Source: an uncultured archaeon (lineage in GTDB: Archaea > Iainarchaeota > Iainarchaeia > Iainarchaeales > 1-14-0-10-31-34). Taken from it: a stretch of DNA of 20,000 nucleotides. The notes below the pieces were generated by a model, which was not told the DNA's origin, searched no databases, and worked only from the letters and a program-made list of their open reading frames with translations. Below are positions 1-7,520 of the stretch, piece after piece. The position numbers and the translations under genes were made by a program. The stretch is from contig CAYTYC010000003.1 of NCBI GenBank assembly GCA_964442255.1, positions 51,423 to 71,422 on the forward strand, in the 5' to 3' direction. How positions within the stretch are numbered: the first letter of the stretch is position 1; the number at the start of each line of letters is the position of its first letter.

Positions 1-342
1 GTTCTGCCCGTTGTCTATTCCGACCGTTGCGACGGGCACACCCTTCGGCATCTGCATCATTGAAAGCAGTGCGTCCAACCCCTCAAGCCTTACATTAACC
101 GGAACCCCTATGACGGGCTTTTTGGTTTGCGAAGCGATTGCCCCGGGAAGGGCAGCGGAAAGCCCTGCAATTGCTATGAAAACCGCAAAATTCTTTCCCG
201 CGATCTTCTTCACTTCCTCCGGGTTTCTGTGGGCGGAGGCAACAAATGTTTCAAATTCCACATTGTTTTCCTTCAAAACCGCCTCCGCTTTTTCGGCTAT
301 GCGCCTGTCTGATTCCGAGCCAAGGACTATTGCAACCTTCAT
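1..342 (-). CDS. purE: N5-carboxyaminoimidazole ribonucleotide mutase / AIR carboxylase PurE (3' end runs out of the window)
   Basis: Not in the ORF track. Manual translation from ATG at 342 gives [12 protein letters not shown]...[11 protein letters not shown]...[27 protein letters not shown]...[27 protein letters not shown], with the PurE motifs GSxSD, SAHR, AGxxAxLPG, PVIGVP and QMPxGVPVATV. ATGA overlap with the purC stop and a GGGGTGA ribosome-binding site upstream. Confidence 0.96.
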   Translation of the reverse strand, partial: MKVAIVLGSESDRRIAEKAEAVLKENNVEFETFVASAHRNPEEVKKIAGKNFAVFIAIAGLSAALPGAIASQTKKPVIGVPVNVRLEGLDALLSMMQMPKGVPVATVGIDNGQN

Positions 343-1310
343 TTTTTCACCCCAAAGCCTTTCCGGACTTTCCTGAATTCTTCAACCATTTCCTTCAACG
401 GCCTCACATCCCAGGTTTTTTCACCGGTCCACGAAACCGCAAAGCTTTTGTACAACTCCGAAACAAGGCTAATGAGCTCTTTCGGGGCGTTTGGAGGGGA
501 AGGCCAATCCGGTTTTTCACTGCCTTCAGAAATCGCCTGCTTAAGCTCCTTGTGCCAGGGGGTTGTTTTGTAGTAGTCGCGGAGAATCTGCTTGCTTACG
601 TGCACGCCGTCGGAGAGAAAACGATTTTCGTCCATTGTGCCGAACACGTCCACAACAATCATTTTCCTTTCAGGGGAAAAGGCAAGCTCAATTTTTCCGT
701 CAGCCTGGAACAAGCCGATTGAATCGGCTTTCCCTGAAAGAAAAGAGTTCACCTTCAGCGCGGTCTGCCTTAATTTATCGAGCTCGTCATCTTTCAGCGC
801 GGCCATTTCCTGCGCCTCCCCCCAGGAAAGATATCTGTCAGTGGGCTCAAGCTTTGTGCTGACCTCAATTATCGGCGGAGAAAGGGTTTCGCCTGGTTTC
901 GGGGAAGAAGAAAGCCCGAGGCCCTGAAGCGTTGTCAAGCCTTCCTCCAGCCGGGAGAAAACAGACGAACCAGCGGGCAGGGAATTCCTGAAAACAACCT
1001 CCAATGGAATCAGGTAATTGCCTTTCTCTCCGGAAAGGCTTTTTTCCGCCGGATTAATTACGCGGACAAGCCTTATTTTAAGCCGGACGGGGGAAGCCAT
1101 TTCAATGAAATGGCTTTCAACGCCTTCCTTTTCCAGCCCCATAAAATTGTGTGCTGAAATCCTGCAAAGGGATTCGCCTTTTCCGGGGATTTCGTCAGGC
1201 ATTTTTCCGTAGTCAAACACAGAGTAATCGTCGGTGAATTCAAAGAAGCCCTCCCCAAAAGTGTTTTCATCCGGTTTTTTTTCAATCACAAGGTTTTTAA
1301 CCGACCCCAT
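339..1310 (-). CDS. purC: SAICAR synthetase (long archaeal type)
   Basis: Motifs [62 protein letters not shown] and [15 protein letters not shown] Shine-Dalgarno (SD) 5 nt upstream. Confidence 0.95.
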   Translation of the reverse strand: MGSVKNLVIEKKPDENTFGEGFFEFTDDYSVFDYGKMPDEIPGKGESLCRISAHNFMGLEKEGVESHFIEMASPVRLKIRLVRVINPAEKSLSGEKGNYLIPLEVVFRNSLPAGSSVFSRLEEGLTTLQGLGLSSSPKPGETLSPPIIEVSTKLEPTDRYLSWGEAQEMAALKDDELDKLRQTALKVNSFLSGKADSIGLFQADGKIELAFSPERKMIVVDVFGTMDENRFLSDGVHVSKQILRDYYKTTPWHKELKQAISEGSEKPDWPSPPNAPKELISLVSELYKSFAVSWTGEKTWDVRPLKEMVEEFRKVRKGFGVKK

Positions 1311-1390
1311 GCAAGTCCCCCCAAAAAGTCTAGAAAATTGTATTGTTAAGTTATTTTAATTGTTTTCTCCCTAAAAATTAATTGATTGGA

Positions 1391-2761
1391 ATGGGGCTGA
1401 AAGAAATTTCCCCGGTTGACGGAAGGTATGAAAACGAGACAAAAGAGCTGCGGGACGTTTTCTCCGAATACGGCCTCCAAAAAGCCAGGCTCGGGGTTGA
1501 AGTAAAGTACCTGCTTTTCCTTTCAAAGAAAAAAGTCTGCAGGAACATAAACCCAAAGGAAAGGCGCTTTTTGCTGGGGGTGCACAAAAGGTTCAGCGAA
1601 AAGGAAATGGAAAAACTGAAGGGAATGGAAAAAAAAATAAACCACGACGTGAAGGCAGTGGAATACTATTTGCGGAAAAAAATGGAAAAAAATTCCCTAA
1701 AGGAGTTGACCCCAATGGTGCACTTCGGCCTCACCTCTGAAGATGCAAGCAACCTCGCCTATTCGCTGATGCTGGGGGAAGGGCTGAAACTATATCTTGA
1801 AGAACTGGGGAAAGTGAAAAAAACGCTGGCCGGGCTTGCCCGCAGCAATCTCTCAACGCCAATGCTTTCCCATACGCACGGCCAGCCCTCCTCGCCCACA
1901 ACCCTGGGAAAAGAAGCCCTGGTTTTCGGGCTTAGGATGCGGGAAGCGGAAAAGCGTCTGGATAAGTTTGTGTTTCCGGGAAAAATGAATTCCGCGGTGG
2001 GAAACTTCAACGCGCAGCGAGTGGCGGTTCCCGGCAAAAACTGGCCAGCCCTCTCCAAAGAATTTGTTTCCTCTCTCGGGCTAAGGCATGTCGCGGTTTC
2101 CACCCAGATAATCCCGCACGAGGAAATCTCTTTTGCTTTAAGGCAGATTGTTTCAATAAACAATGTTTTGGTTGATTTGGACAGGGACTTCTGGATGTAT
2201 GTGGGAATGAACTACCTCACGCAAAAGGTGAAGAAAGGGGAGGTCGGCTCATCAATAATGCCGCAAAAGGTCAACCCCATTTTCTTTGAAAACAGCGAGG
2301 GCAATTTATTGTTTGCAAACGCTGTGCTGGAATTCCTTGCCTCACAGCTGCAGGTTTCAAGGCTTCAGAGGGATTTGACTGACTCAACAATAAAAAGAAA
2401 CTACGGGCTTGGTTTTGCGCACTCGCTTTTGGGGCTGAAAAGCGTTTCAAAGGGGTTAAGCAGGGTGAGCGCAAACAAGGAAAAGATGCTGAAAGACCTG
2501 GAAAAGCATCCGGAAGTTTTGGCTGAGGCAATCCAGACAGTCTTGAGGAAACACGGGGACAAAAAGGCCTACGAAAAGGTGAAAAAATTTTTCCGCGGAA
2601 AAGAGGTTTCGCTGGAAAACATCCACGGGTTTGTGAAGTCTTTAGGCCTGGACAAAAGGACGGAAAAAAGGCTCCTTGGGATGAGGGCAAAGGATTATAC
2701 GGGCTATGCTGAAGAAACGGCAAAGCTTTGCTTAAAGGAACTGAATTCAAAAGTGAAGTAA
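1391..2761 (+). CDS. purB: Adenylosuccinate lyase (long, E. coli-like form)
   Basis: ISPVDGRY, NHDVKAVEYYL, HFGLTSED, HTHGQP, fumarate-lyase signature GSSIMPQKVNP and SRLQRDLTDST. ATG at 1391 chosen over TTG at 1382. Confidence 0.96.
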   Translation: MGLKEISPVDGRYENETKELRDVFSEYGLQKARLGVEVKYLLFLSKKKVCRNINPKERRFLLGVHKRFSEKEMEKLKGMEKKINHDVKAVEYYLRKKMEKNSLKELTPMVHFGLTSEDASNLAYSLMLGEGLKLYLEELGKVKKTLAGLARSNLSTPMLSHTHGQPSSPTTLGKEALVFGLRMREAEKRLDKFVFPGKMNSAVGNFNAQRVAVPGKNWPALSKEFVSSLGLRHVAVSTQIIPHEEISFALRQIVSINNVLVDLDRDFWMYVGMNYLTQKVKKGEVGSSIMPQKVNPIFFENSEGNLLFANAVLEFLASQLQVSRLQRDLTDSTIKRNYGLGFAHSLLGLKSVSKGLSRVSANKEKMLKDLEKHPEVLAEAIQTVLRKHGDKKAYEKVKKFFRGKEVSLENIHGFVKSLGLDKRTEKRLLGMRAKDYTGYAEETAKLCLKELNSKVK

Positions 2762-4066
2762 TTATTTCACAACTGTTTCTTTCCTGTCCGGGCCGAATGA
2801 AACGAATTTTACCGGCACCCCGAGGAATTCTTCTACATAACCAAGGTATTTTTTCGCGTTTTCCGGAAGCGCGGGGTATCCGCTCCGCATCAGTTCCCTT
2901 TTCTCTTTTTCCTCAAGCGTAAACCCCGGGAATTCCCCGTAAACGGGGTTTACTTTTGCAAGCTCTTCAGTAGTGAACGGGAAAAACCCAATCCTTTTTC
3001 CTTCAAGCCGGTATCCTGTGCATGCCTTTATTTTTTCCTGCCCGCTTAAAACGTCAATTTTTGTGACGGCAATCTCATCAAAGCCGTTAACCATGTTGCT
3101 GTACTTCAGCATCACTAAATCAAGCCACCCTATTCTCCTCGGCCTCCCTGTTGTTGTGCCGTATTCCCCGCCTTTTTCGCGGATGGAATCGGCCTGCCTT
3201 CCTTTTAGCTCCGTGGGAAGAGGGCCGGAGCCCACACGGGTTGAGTACGCCTTCACTACCCCGATTATTTTCCCGATTTTCTTCGGGCTTAACCCGATTC
3301 CCGTGCACGCGCCCCCGGAAACAGGGTGTGAAGAGGTAACATACGGATAGGTTCCGAAGTCCAGGTCAAGCCACATTCCCTGTGCGCCTTCAAGAAGGAC
3401 TTCCTTTTTTTCCTTCAGCGCGTTGTTTACCAAAAGTGAAACGTCGCCGGCACATTTTCTGAGTTTTTCCGCGGCGGCCGCGTATTCCTTCAAAACACTT
3501 TTTTCAGTGTAAGGGGGTTTTTTCCCGTAAACCCCCCTAAAAAGTTTTTCAAAAAACCGGAAATTTTCTTCCGCCTTTTTCTCAAAGTTTCCCGAAAAAA
3601 AGTCGGAAAATCGGATTCCGGTCCGAAGCGCCCTCTCCGCATAGCCTGGCCCAATTCCCCGGCGCGTTGTGCCGATGCAGTTGCCTTTTAGCGCGCCTTC
3701 ACCGCACTCCTCGAAAAAGCAGTGGTAAGGCATTATTATCTGTGTGCGCGTGTCTATTGTTAGCTGTACCTTAATTCCTTCTTTTTCCATTTCCCCTATT
3801 TCCTTTAAAAGTACTAATGGATTTAATGCGACCCCCGCGCCTATGAGGATTTTTTTTCCCCGGATTCCGCCCGAGGGAAGGAGGTGAAACTTGTGTTTAT
3901 TTCCGTTCACCACAACCGTGTGCCCGGCGTTGTTTCCTCCCTGGAAGCGGGCAACCATTTCCGCCTTTTCCGCGAGGATGTCAACGATTTTGCCTTTTCC
4001 TTCGTCCCCAAACTGTGAACCTACAATCAGAGTTGCTGGAATTCCGAATCCCTCAAAAAATAGCAT
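2762..4066 (-). CDS. purA: Adenylosuccinate synthetase (true start possibly ATT at 4042)
   Basis: GSQFGDEGKGK, RFQGGNNAGHT, IGTTRRGIGP, EGAQG, FGTYPYVTSS, EYGTTTGRPRRIGWLD and TKIDVL motifs. Confidence 0.97.
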   Translation of the reverse strand: MLFFEGFGIPATLIVGSQFGDEGKGKIVDILAEKAEMVARFQGGNNAGHTVVVNGNKHKFHLLPSGGIRGKKILIGAGVALNPLVLLKEIGEMEKEGIKVQLTIDTRTQIIMPYHCFFEECGEGALKGNCIGTTRRGIGPGYAERALRTGIRFSDFFSGNFEKKAEENFRFFEKLFRGVYGKKPPYTEKSVLKEYAAAAEKLRKCAGDVSLLVNNALKEKKEVLLEGAQGMWLDLDFGTYPYVTSSHPVSGGACTGIGLSPKKIGKIIGVVKAYSTRVGSGPLPTELKGRQADSIREKGGEYGTTTGRPRRIGWLDLVMLKYSNMVNGFDEIAVTKIDVLSGQEKIKACTGYRLEGKRIGFFPFTTEELAKVNPVYGEFPGFTLEEKEKRELMRSGYPALPENAKKYLGYVEEFLGVPVKFVSFGPDRKETVVK

Positions 4067-4089
4067 TCAAAGAGTTTAAAAAAACTCCT

Positions 4090-4498
4090 TTAAGGCAAAC
4101 GGGAAGCCATATTGGCTTCATCCAAAACCCTGTATATTTCTCTTCGCATTTTCTCTGTTTCAGGGAGGCTAAGGTTATGCCGCTCGGCATAATATGTAAC
4201 CATTACCCCGGCTGCTCCCTTTGTATACCGCAGCTTAAGGCCCCCTTTTGCAAACTTCTCTTTTAATGCCCGTTCAACAGAACCCAATCCCCTTTTCATG
4301 CTGAAATTGTCTAATGCAGCCCCCCATAATTTGGGGAATGGCCAACGGCGCATTGCATCTGACACAAGTTGTCTTCCCCCCGCCCCCCCGTATATTGAGT
4401 TCTTGTGATATTCTCTTAAGTTCCGCGCTGTATTCTGCCCCCCTTAGTTTTTCAAGCCTTGCAATTCTTTTCTTCATTGGTCTGGGCGCTTTAGGCAT
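4090..4498 (-). pseudogene. Small basic hypothetical gene split into two overlapping ORFs (4274-4498 and 4090-4365) by an apparent frameshift in a G7-C-G6 tract
   Basis: GGGGGA SD before ATG at 4498. Removing one G from the tract at 4376-4389 joins the two ORFs into one 135-aa frame. Confidence 0.55.
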
Positions 4499-4517
4499 TA
4501 AAGTCCCCCAAAATAAA

Positions 4518-4628
4518 TGGTGTCCCCCGTATTTAACACTTGCGGAGCGAGCAACCTAAACTTCTTCCTGAAAGAGAGGTGCTACGGCATTGGTGTCACC
4601 TGTATTTAACACTTGCGGAGCGAGCAAC
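4518..4628. repeat. 38-bp direct repeat (4518-4555 and 4591-4628, 2 mismatches) separated by a 35-bp unique spacer
   Basis: TGGTGTC(C/A)CC(C/T)GTATTTAACACTTGCGGAGCGAGCAAC, read directly twice. Confidence 0.9.
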
Positions 4629-4771
4629 AGCCATACAAAGTATGGCGCACTGTATTCCCCCCGAAAAAGGAAAACGGAAAGCCCGAAAGGGTTTCCCATA
4701 TTTAAAAGCAGTCTCACGCAAGGCGAGAGATGGGTTGACGCATTTCGACACTTCCGCCCGAAAGCGGGGAA

Positions 4772-4885
4772 TGGGGCGGGGGGGATTTGAACCCTCGACA
4801 CCATGGTCTTCAGCCATGTGCTCTCCTAAGCCTGCAAAAAGAAACCTTTGGATTTCTTGAATGCATCAGGCTGAGCTACCGCCCC
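4772..4885 (-). tRNA. tRNA-Phe(GAA) with a 40-nt D-loop intron (4827-4866, position 18/19)
   Basis: GGGGCGGTAGCTCAGCCTG^GGAGAGCA-CATGG-CTGAAGA-CCATG-GTGTC-GAGGGTTCAAATCCCCC-CCGCCCCA. Strict BHB: CTC-AGCC-TG^A-TGCA...TGCA-GGCT-TA^G-GAG. One A-C mismatch in the T-stem. CCA not encoded. Confidence 0.93.
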
Positions 4886-4951
4886 AACGCTGAAATGCCT
4901 AACGCAATAACAATTCTTTGGGCAAGGGCTTTAAATGTTTTCTGCCGGGGC

Positions 4952-5521
4952 TCAACCCCCTGGATGCCTTTTGAGCGATTCTTCCAGATTACGGACCAGA
5001 GAAGAGGTAACGCTCACGCTTAGAAGTCCTTTCAAGATGTCCCTTCTTTTATTTATTGCTTCAACTTCTACTCGTTCTTTCTTTATTTGCTCACGCACAG
5101 TTTCATCCCCTAAAAAATCAGCCATATCCAATCTGTGTTCAATGCTGCCTTCAATAGTTTCCCTGGTTTCCCTGTCCCCAACAATTTCCCTGTGAAGCTC
5201 TCTCAACCCGCCTGAATAACATTCATTCTCGCAAGACCCTGTTGTGCCTGTCCCCTGCTTCCCATGAATCTTGCCTGCCCGCAGGTTATCCACCGGTGCC
5301 CGATAGAAAACAAATTGGTTCTCTTATAATTGCATCCCTATTTTTCTCCAGAGTAAATCCCCAAGCATCCAGCCCTTCCCCGTGCCAGCTACCCACGCCT
5401 CCCCAAATAAGTGTTCCATTTGATGCCCTTCCGCTTCGGTTACATAAAGCTTGATGTCCCTGACATTTTCCCTAACAAGCTTCTGCATTTCCTTTATTTT
5501 TTTAAGGTACGGTTCAGGCAA
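4952..5521 (-). pseudogene. Hypothetical gene(s): ORFs 5324-5521 and 4952-5293 lie in one frame separated by a single TAA
   Basis: The stop at 5324-5326 is followed by 10 open in-frame codons and then GTG at 5293. Both parts have charged, helical-looking segments, but no motif or clear SD/start is recognisable. Confidence 0.35.
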
Positions 5522-5725
5522 AGGCGCTATTCTTGGATTATATTTTGGGCCCTGCCTGCAGAATCGGGTTTTGGTACCTTTCCTTCCCCGGCATTTAAGT
5601 TAGATCTTCCTGCTTTCCCTGGAATTCCAATTCCCTTTTTTAAGCGAGCCCGATGGGCGAGCAGATCTGCCTCGGAGCAAAGCGGAGGAGGCAGTGCCCG
5701 GACCTGCCCTACGGAACGGGCAAAG

Positions 5726-5833
5726 TGAGCCCAGAGGGATTCGAACCCTCGACCCCCTGGTTAAGAGCTGCACCGTAAAGCGCTTTAACGAGCGCTTCAC
5801 TCAGGTGCTCTGGCCAGACTGAGCTATGGGCCC
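5726..5833 (-). tRNA. tRNA-Lys(CTT) with a 33-nt anticodon-stem intron (5769-5801, position 30/31)
   Basis: GGGCCCATAGCTCAGTCTGGCCAGAGCACCTG^G-CTCTTAA-CCAGG...GAGGGTTCGAATCCCTC-TGGGCTCA. Strict BHB: GAG-CACC-TG^A-GTGAAGCGCT...AGCGCTTTAC-GGTG-CA^G-CTC. Confidence 0.94.
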
Positions 5834-5917
5834 ACAAGTGCACGACGGTAAGCGCACTAGCGCGAGCTAGTTCCATGCGTTAGCATGGGACGTTCCCTGG
5901 CGGGAACATCCGCCAAA

Positions 5918-6090
5918 TGAGCCCGCTGGGATTTGAACCCAGGACACCTTGGTTAAAAGCCAAGTGCTTATGGCGAAAACGAGCAACGGAAATCAAATCC
6001 CGCAGCTTACGCCGCGGTTTTTCGGAAGCCCTTTCCCGGACCAATAAAAACCATGACTCTGTTTTCTCTGCCAGGCTGAGCTACGGGCCC
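5918..6090 (-). tRNA. tRNA-Lys(TTT) with a 99-nt D-stem intron (5969-6067, position 22/23)
   Basis: GGGCCCGTAGCTCAGCCTGGCAG^AGCA-CTTGG-CTTTTAA-CCAAG-GTGTC-CTGGGTTCAAATCCCAG-CGGGCTCA. BHB: TGGC-AG^A-GAAAAC...GTTTTC-GCCA-TA^A. Confidence 0.92.
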
Positions 6091-6117
6091 ATTCTCAAAA
6101 AAAAGGGTTAAGAAAAG

Positions 6118-6125
6118 AATTTAAA
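6118..6125 (-). promoter_or_regulatory. Putative TATA box for the tRNA-Lys pair
   Basis: TTTAAATT on the minus strand about 28 nt upstream of the tRNA-Lys(TTT) 5' end. Confidence 0.5.
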
Positions 6126-6235
6126 GGGAATCAAAAGGTTATTTTATTTCCTTTAAGCCGTTCATGTATGGGCGAAGGTAAAGGGAATCAAAAGGTTATT
6201 TTATTTCCTTTAAGCCGTTCATGTATGGGCGAAGG
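6122..6235. repeat. Perfect 57-bp tandem duplication (6122-6178 and 6179-6235) covering the serS 3' end
   Basis: TAAAGGGAATCAAAAGGTTATTTTATTTCCTTTAAGCCGTTCATGTATGGGCGAAGG occurs twice, head to tail. Confidence 0.95.
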
Positions 6236-7473
6236 GGTTTTGGGATTAAAATGGTTCCTTCCTTGGTTTGGAAGTTTTCCGCAATCGCGCGAAGCATTCT
6301 GGATGCTGCGACCATCGTGCTGTTCAGCGTGTGGACGAACTCCTTTTCATGGGTGTGCCGCTTCCGGTATTTTAGGTTTAGGCGCACGGACTGGTAGGAC
6401 GTGCAGTTGGAGCAGGACATTACTTCAAAATAAGCGTTTTCCCGCGGGCTCCATGCCTCGATGTCATATTTTTTTGCCGCAACAATCCCTATGTCCCCTG
6501 TGCACACATTAACCACCCGGTAGGGGATTTCAAGCGCCTTAACAAATTCCTCCGCGTTTTTCAATAGTTCTTCATGGAATTTCCATGATTCTTCAGGCCC
6601 GCAAATTATTGTCTGCTCAACCTTGCTGAAGTGGTGGACGCGGAACAGCCCGCGCTCGTCAATTTTGTGCCTTCCGATTTCTTTTCTGAAGCAGGGCGAA
6701 ACACCGGCATACTTTAAGGGAAGTTCTTTCCCGGAAAATATTTCCCCGGAATGCATCGCCATCAGGGGGTGTTCGGAGGTTGCAATAAGGTAAAGGTCTT
6801 CGCCCTCCAGCTTGTACATTACGTTCTCAAAATCCTCCAAAGAGGTAACCCCCTCATACGGCTTGCGTTTCATCATAAGCGGGGGGGAAAGAAAGATGAA
6901 CCCTTTTTGCAAAAGCAAATCCAGCCCAAAACGGATCAAGGCCATTTCGAGAAGCGCGGCATGGTTTTTGAGGAAATAAAAACCTGTTCCGGAGATTTTA
7001 GCCGCGCGACCAAAATCCGCCTGGCCCATGGAAGAAAGTATTTCCCCGTGGTGCCTGAGCTGAAATGCCGGGGACGGGATTTTACCCCATTTGCGTATTT
7101 CCTTGTTGTCCTTTTCATCCCTCCCGACAGGAACCGATTCATGCAAAATGTTCGGCAGGCGCATGCGGTAAAATTCTGTTTTCTTCTTCAAGCCTTCCGC
7201 CTTTTTTTCGGCGTCGGATATTTCACCGGGAAGCTTTTTTGCCTTCCGCAGCAGGGCGTCCGCGTTTTTCTTTTCTTTCTTGAGTCCCCTGATTTTTTGA
7301 GACAACTCATTTCTTTTCCTTTTAAGTTCCTCTGCCTTCTGCAGTGCATTCCGGTATGCGGAATCCTTTTCCAGCAAGTCTTTCAGCCACGCGAGCTTTT
7401 CTTTTTCGCCCCTTTTTTCAAGGTCTGCGCGGATTTTTTCCGGAAATTCCCTGACCGCCCTTATGTCAAGCAT
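6196..7473 (-). CDS. serS: Seryl-tRNA synthetase (standard type)
   Basis: MLDI start after a GGGTGA SD, N-terminal coiled coil, LPNILHESVPVG, YLIATSEHPL, CFRKEIG...RGLFRVHHFSKVE, KKYDIEAWSP, SCSNCTSYQS and HTLNST. Confidence 0.97.
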   Translation of the reverse strand: MLDIRAVREFPEKIRADLEKRGEKEKLAWLKDLLEKDSAYRNALQKAEELKRKRNELSQKIRGLKKEKKNADALLRKAKKLPGEISDAEKKAEGLKKKTEFYRMRLPNILHESVPVGRDEKDNKEIRKWGKIPSPAFQLRHHGEILSSMGQADFGRAAKISGTGFYFLKNHAALLEMALIRFGLDLLLQKGFIFLSPPLMMKRKPYEGVTSLEDFENVMYKLEGEDLYLIATSEHPLMAMHSGEIFSGKELPLKYAGVSPCFRKEIGRHKIDERGLFRVHHFSKVEQTIICGPEESWKFHEELLKNAEEFVKALEIPYRVVNVCTGDIGIVAAKKYDIEAWSPRENAYFEVMSCSNCTSYQSVRLNLKYRKRHTHEKEFVHTLNSTMVAASRMLRAIAENFQTKEGTILIPKPLRPYMNGLKEIK

Positions 7474-7520
7474 TTTTTCACCCAACGAATAAAAATACTT
7501 GCAACAAATAATTAAATAAT

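Noticed and set aside
4518..4628. Calling the repeat a bona fide CRISPR array
   Set aside because: Only two repeats, no typical 3' GAAA(C/G), an internal TATA-like box and no cas genes in the window. Kept as a repeat and a finding.
4540..4860. Short ORFs overlapping the tRNA genes (also 5600-5800 and 5917-6111)
   Set aside because: They translate tRNA and repeat sequence and show no coding features.
5969..6067. C/D box sRNA or hammerhead ribozyme in the long intron
   Set aside because: No RUGAUGA or CUGA boxes, and no CUGAnGA core.
4772..6090. attL/attR of an element integrated at a tRNA
   Set aside because: No duplicated tRNA fragment found. The similar 3' ends belong to two complete Lys tRNAs.
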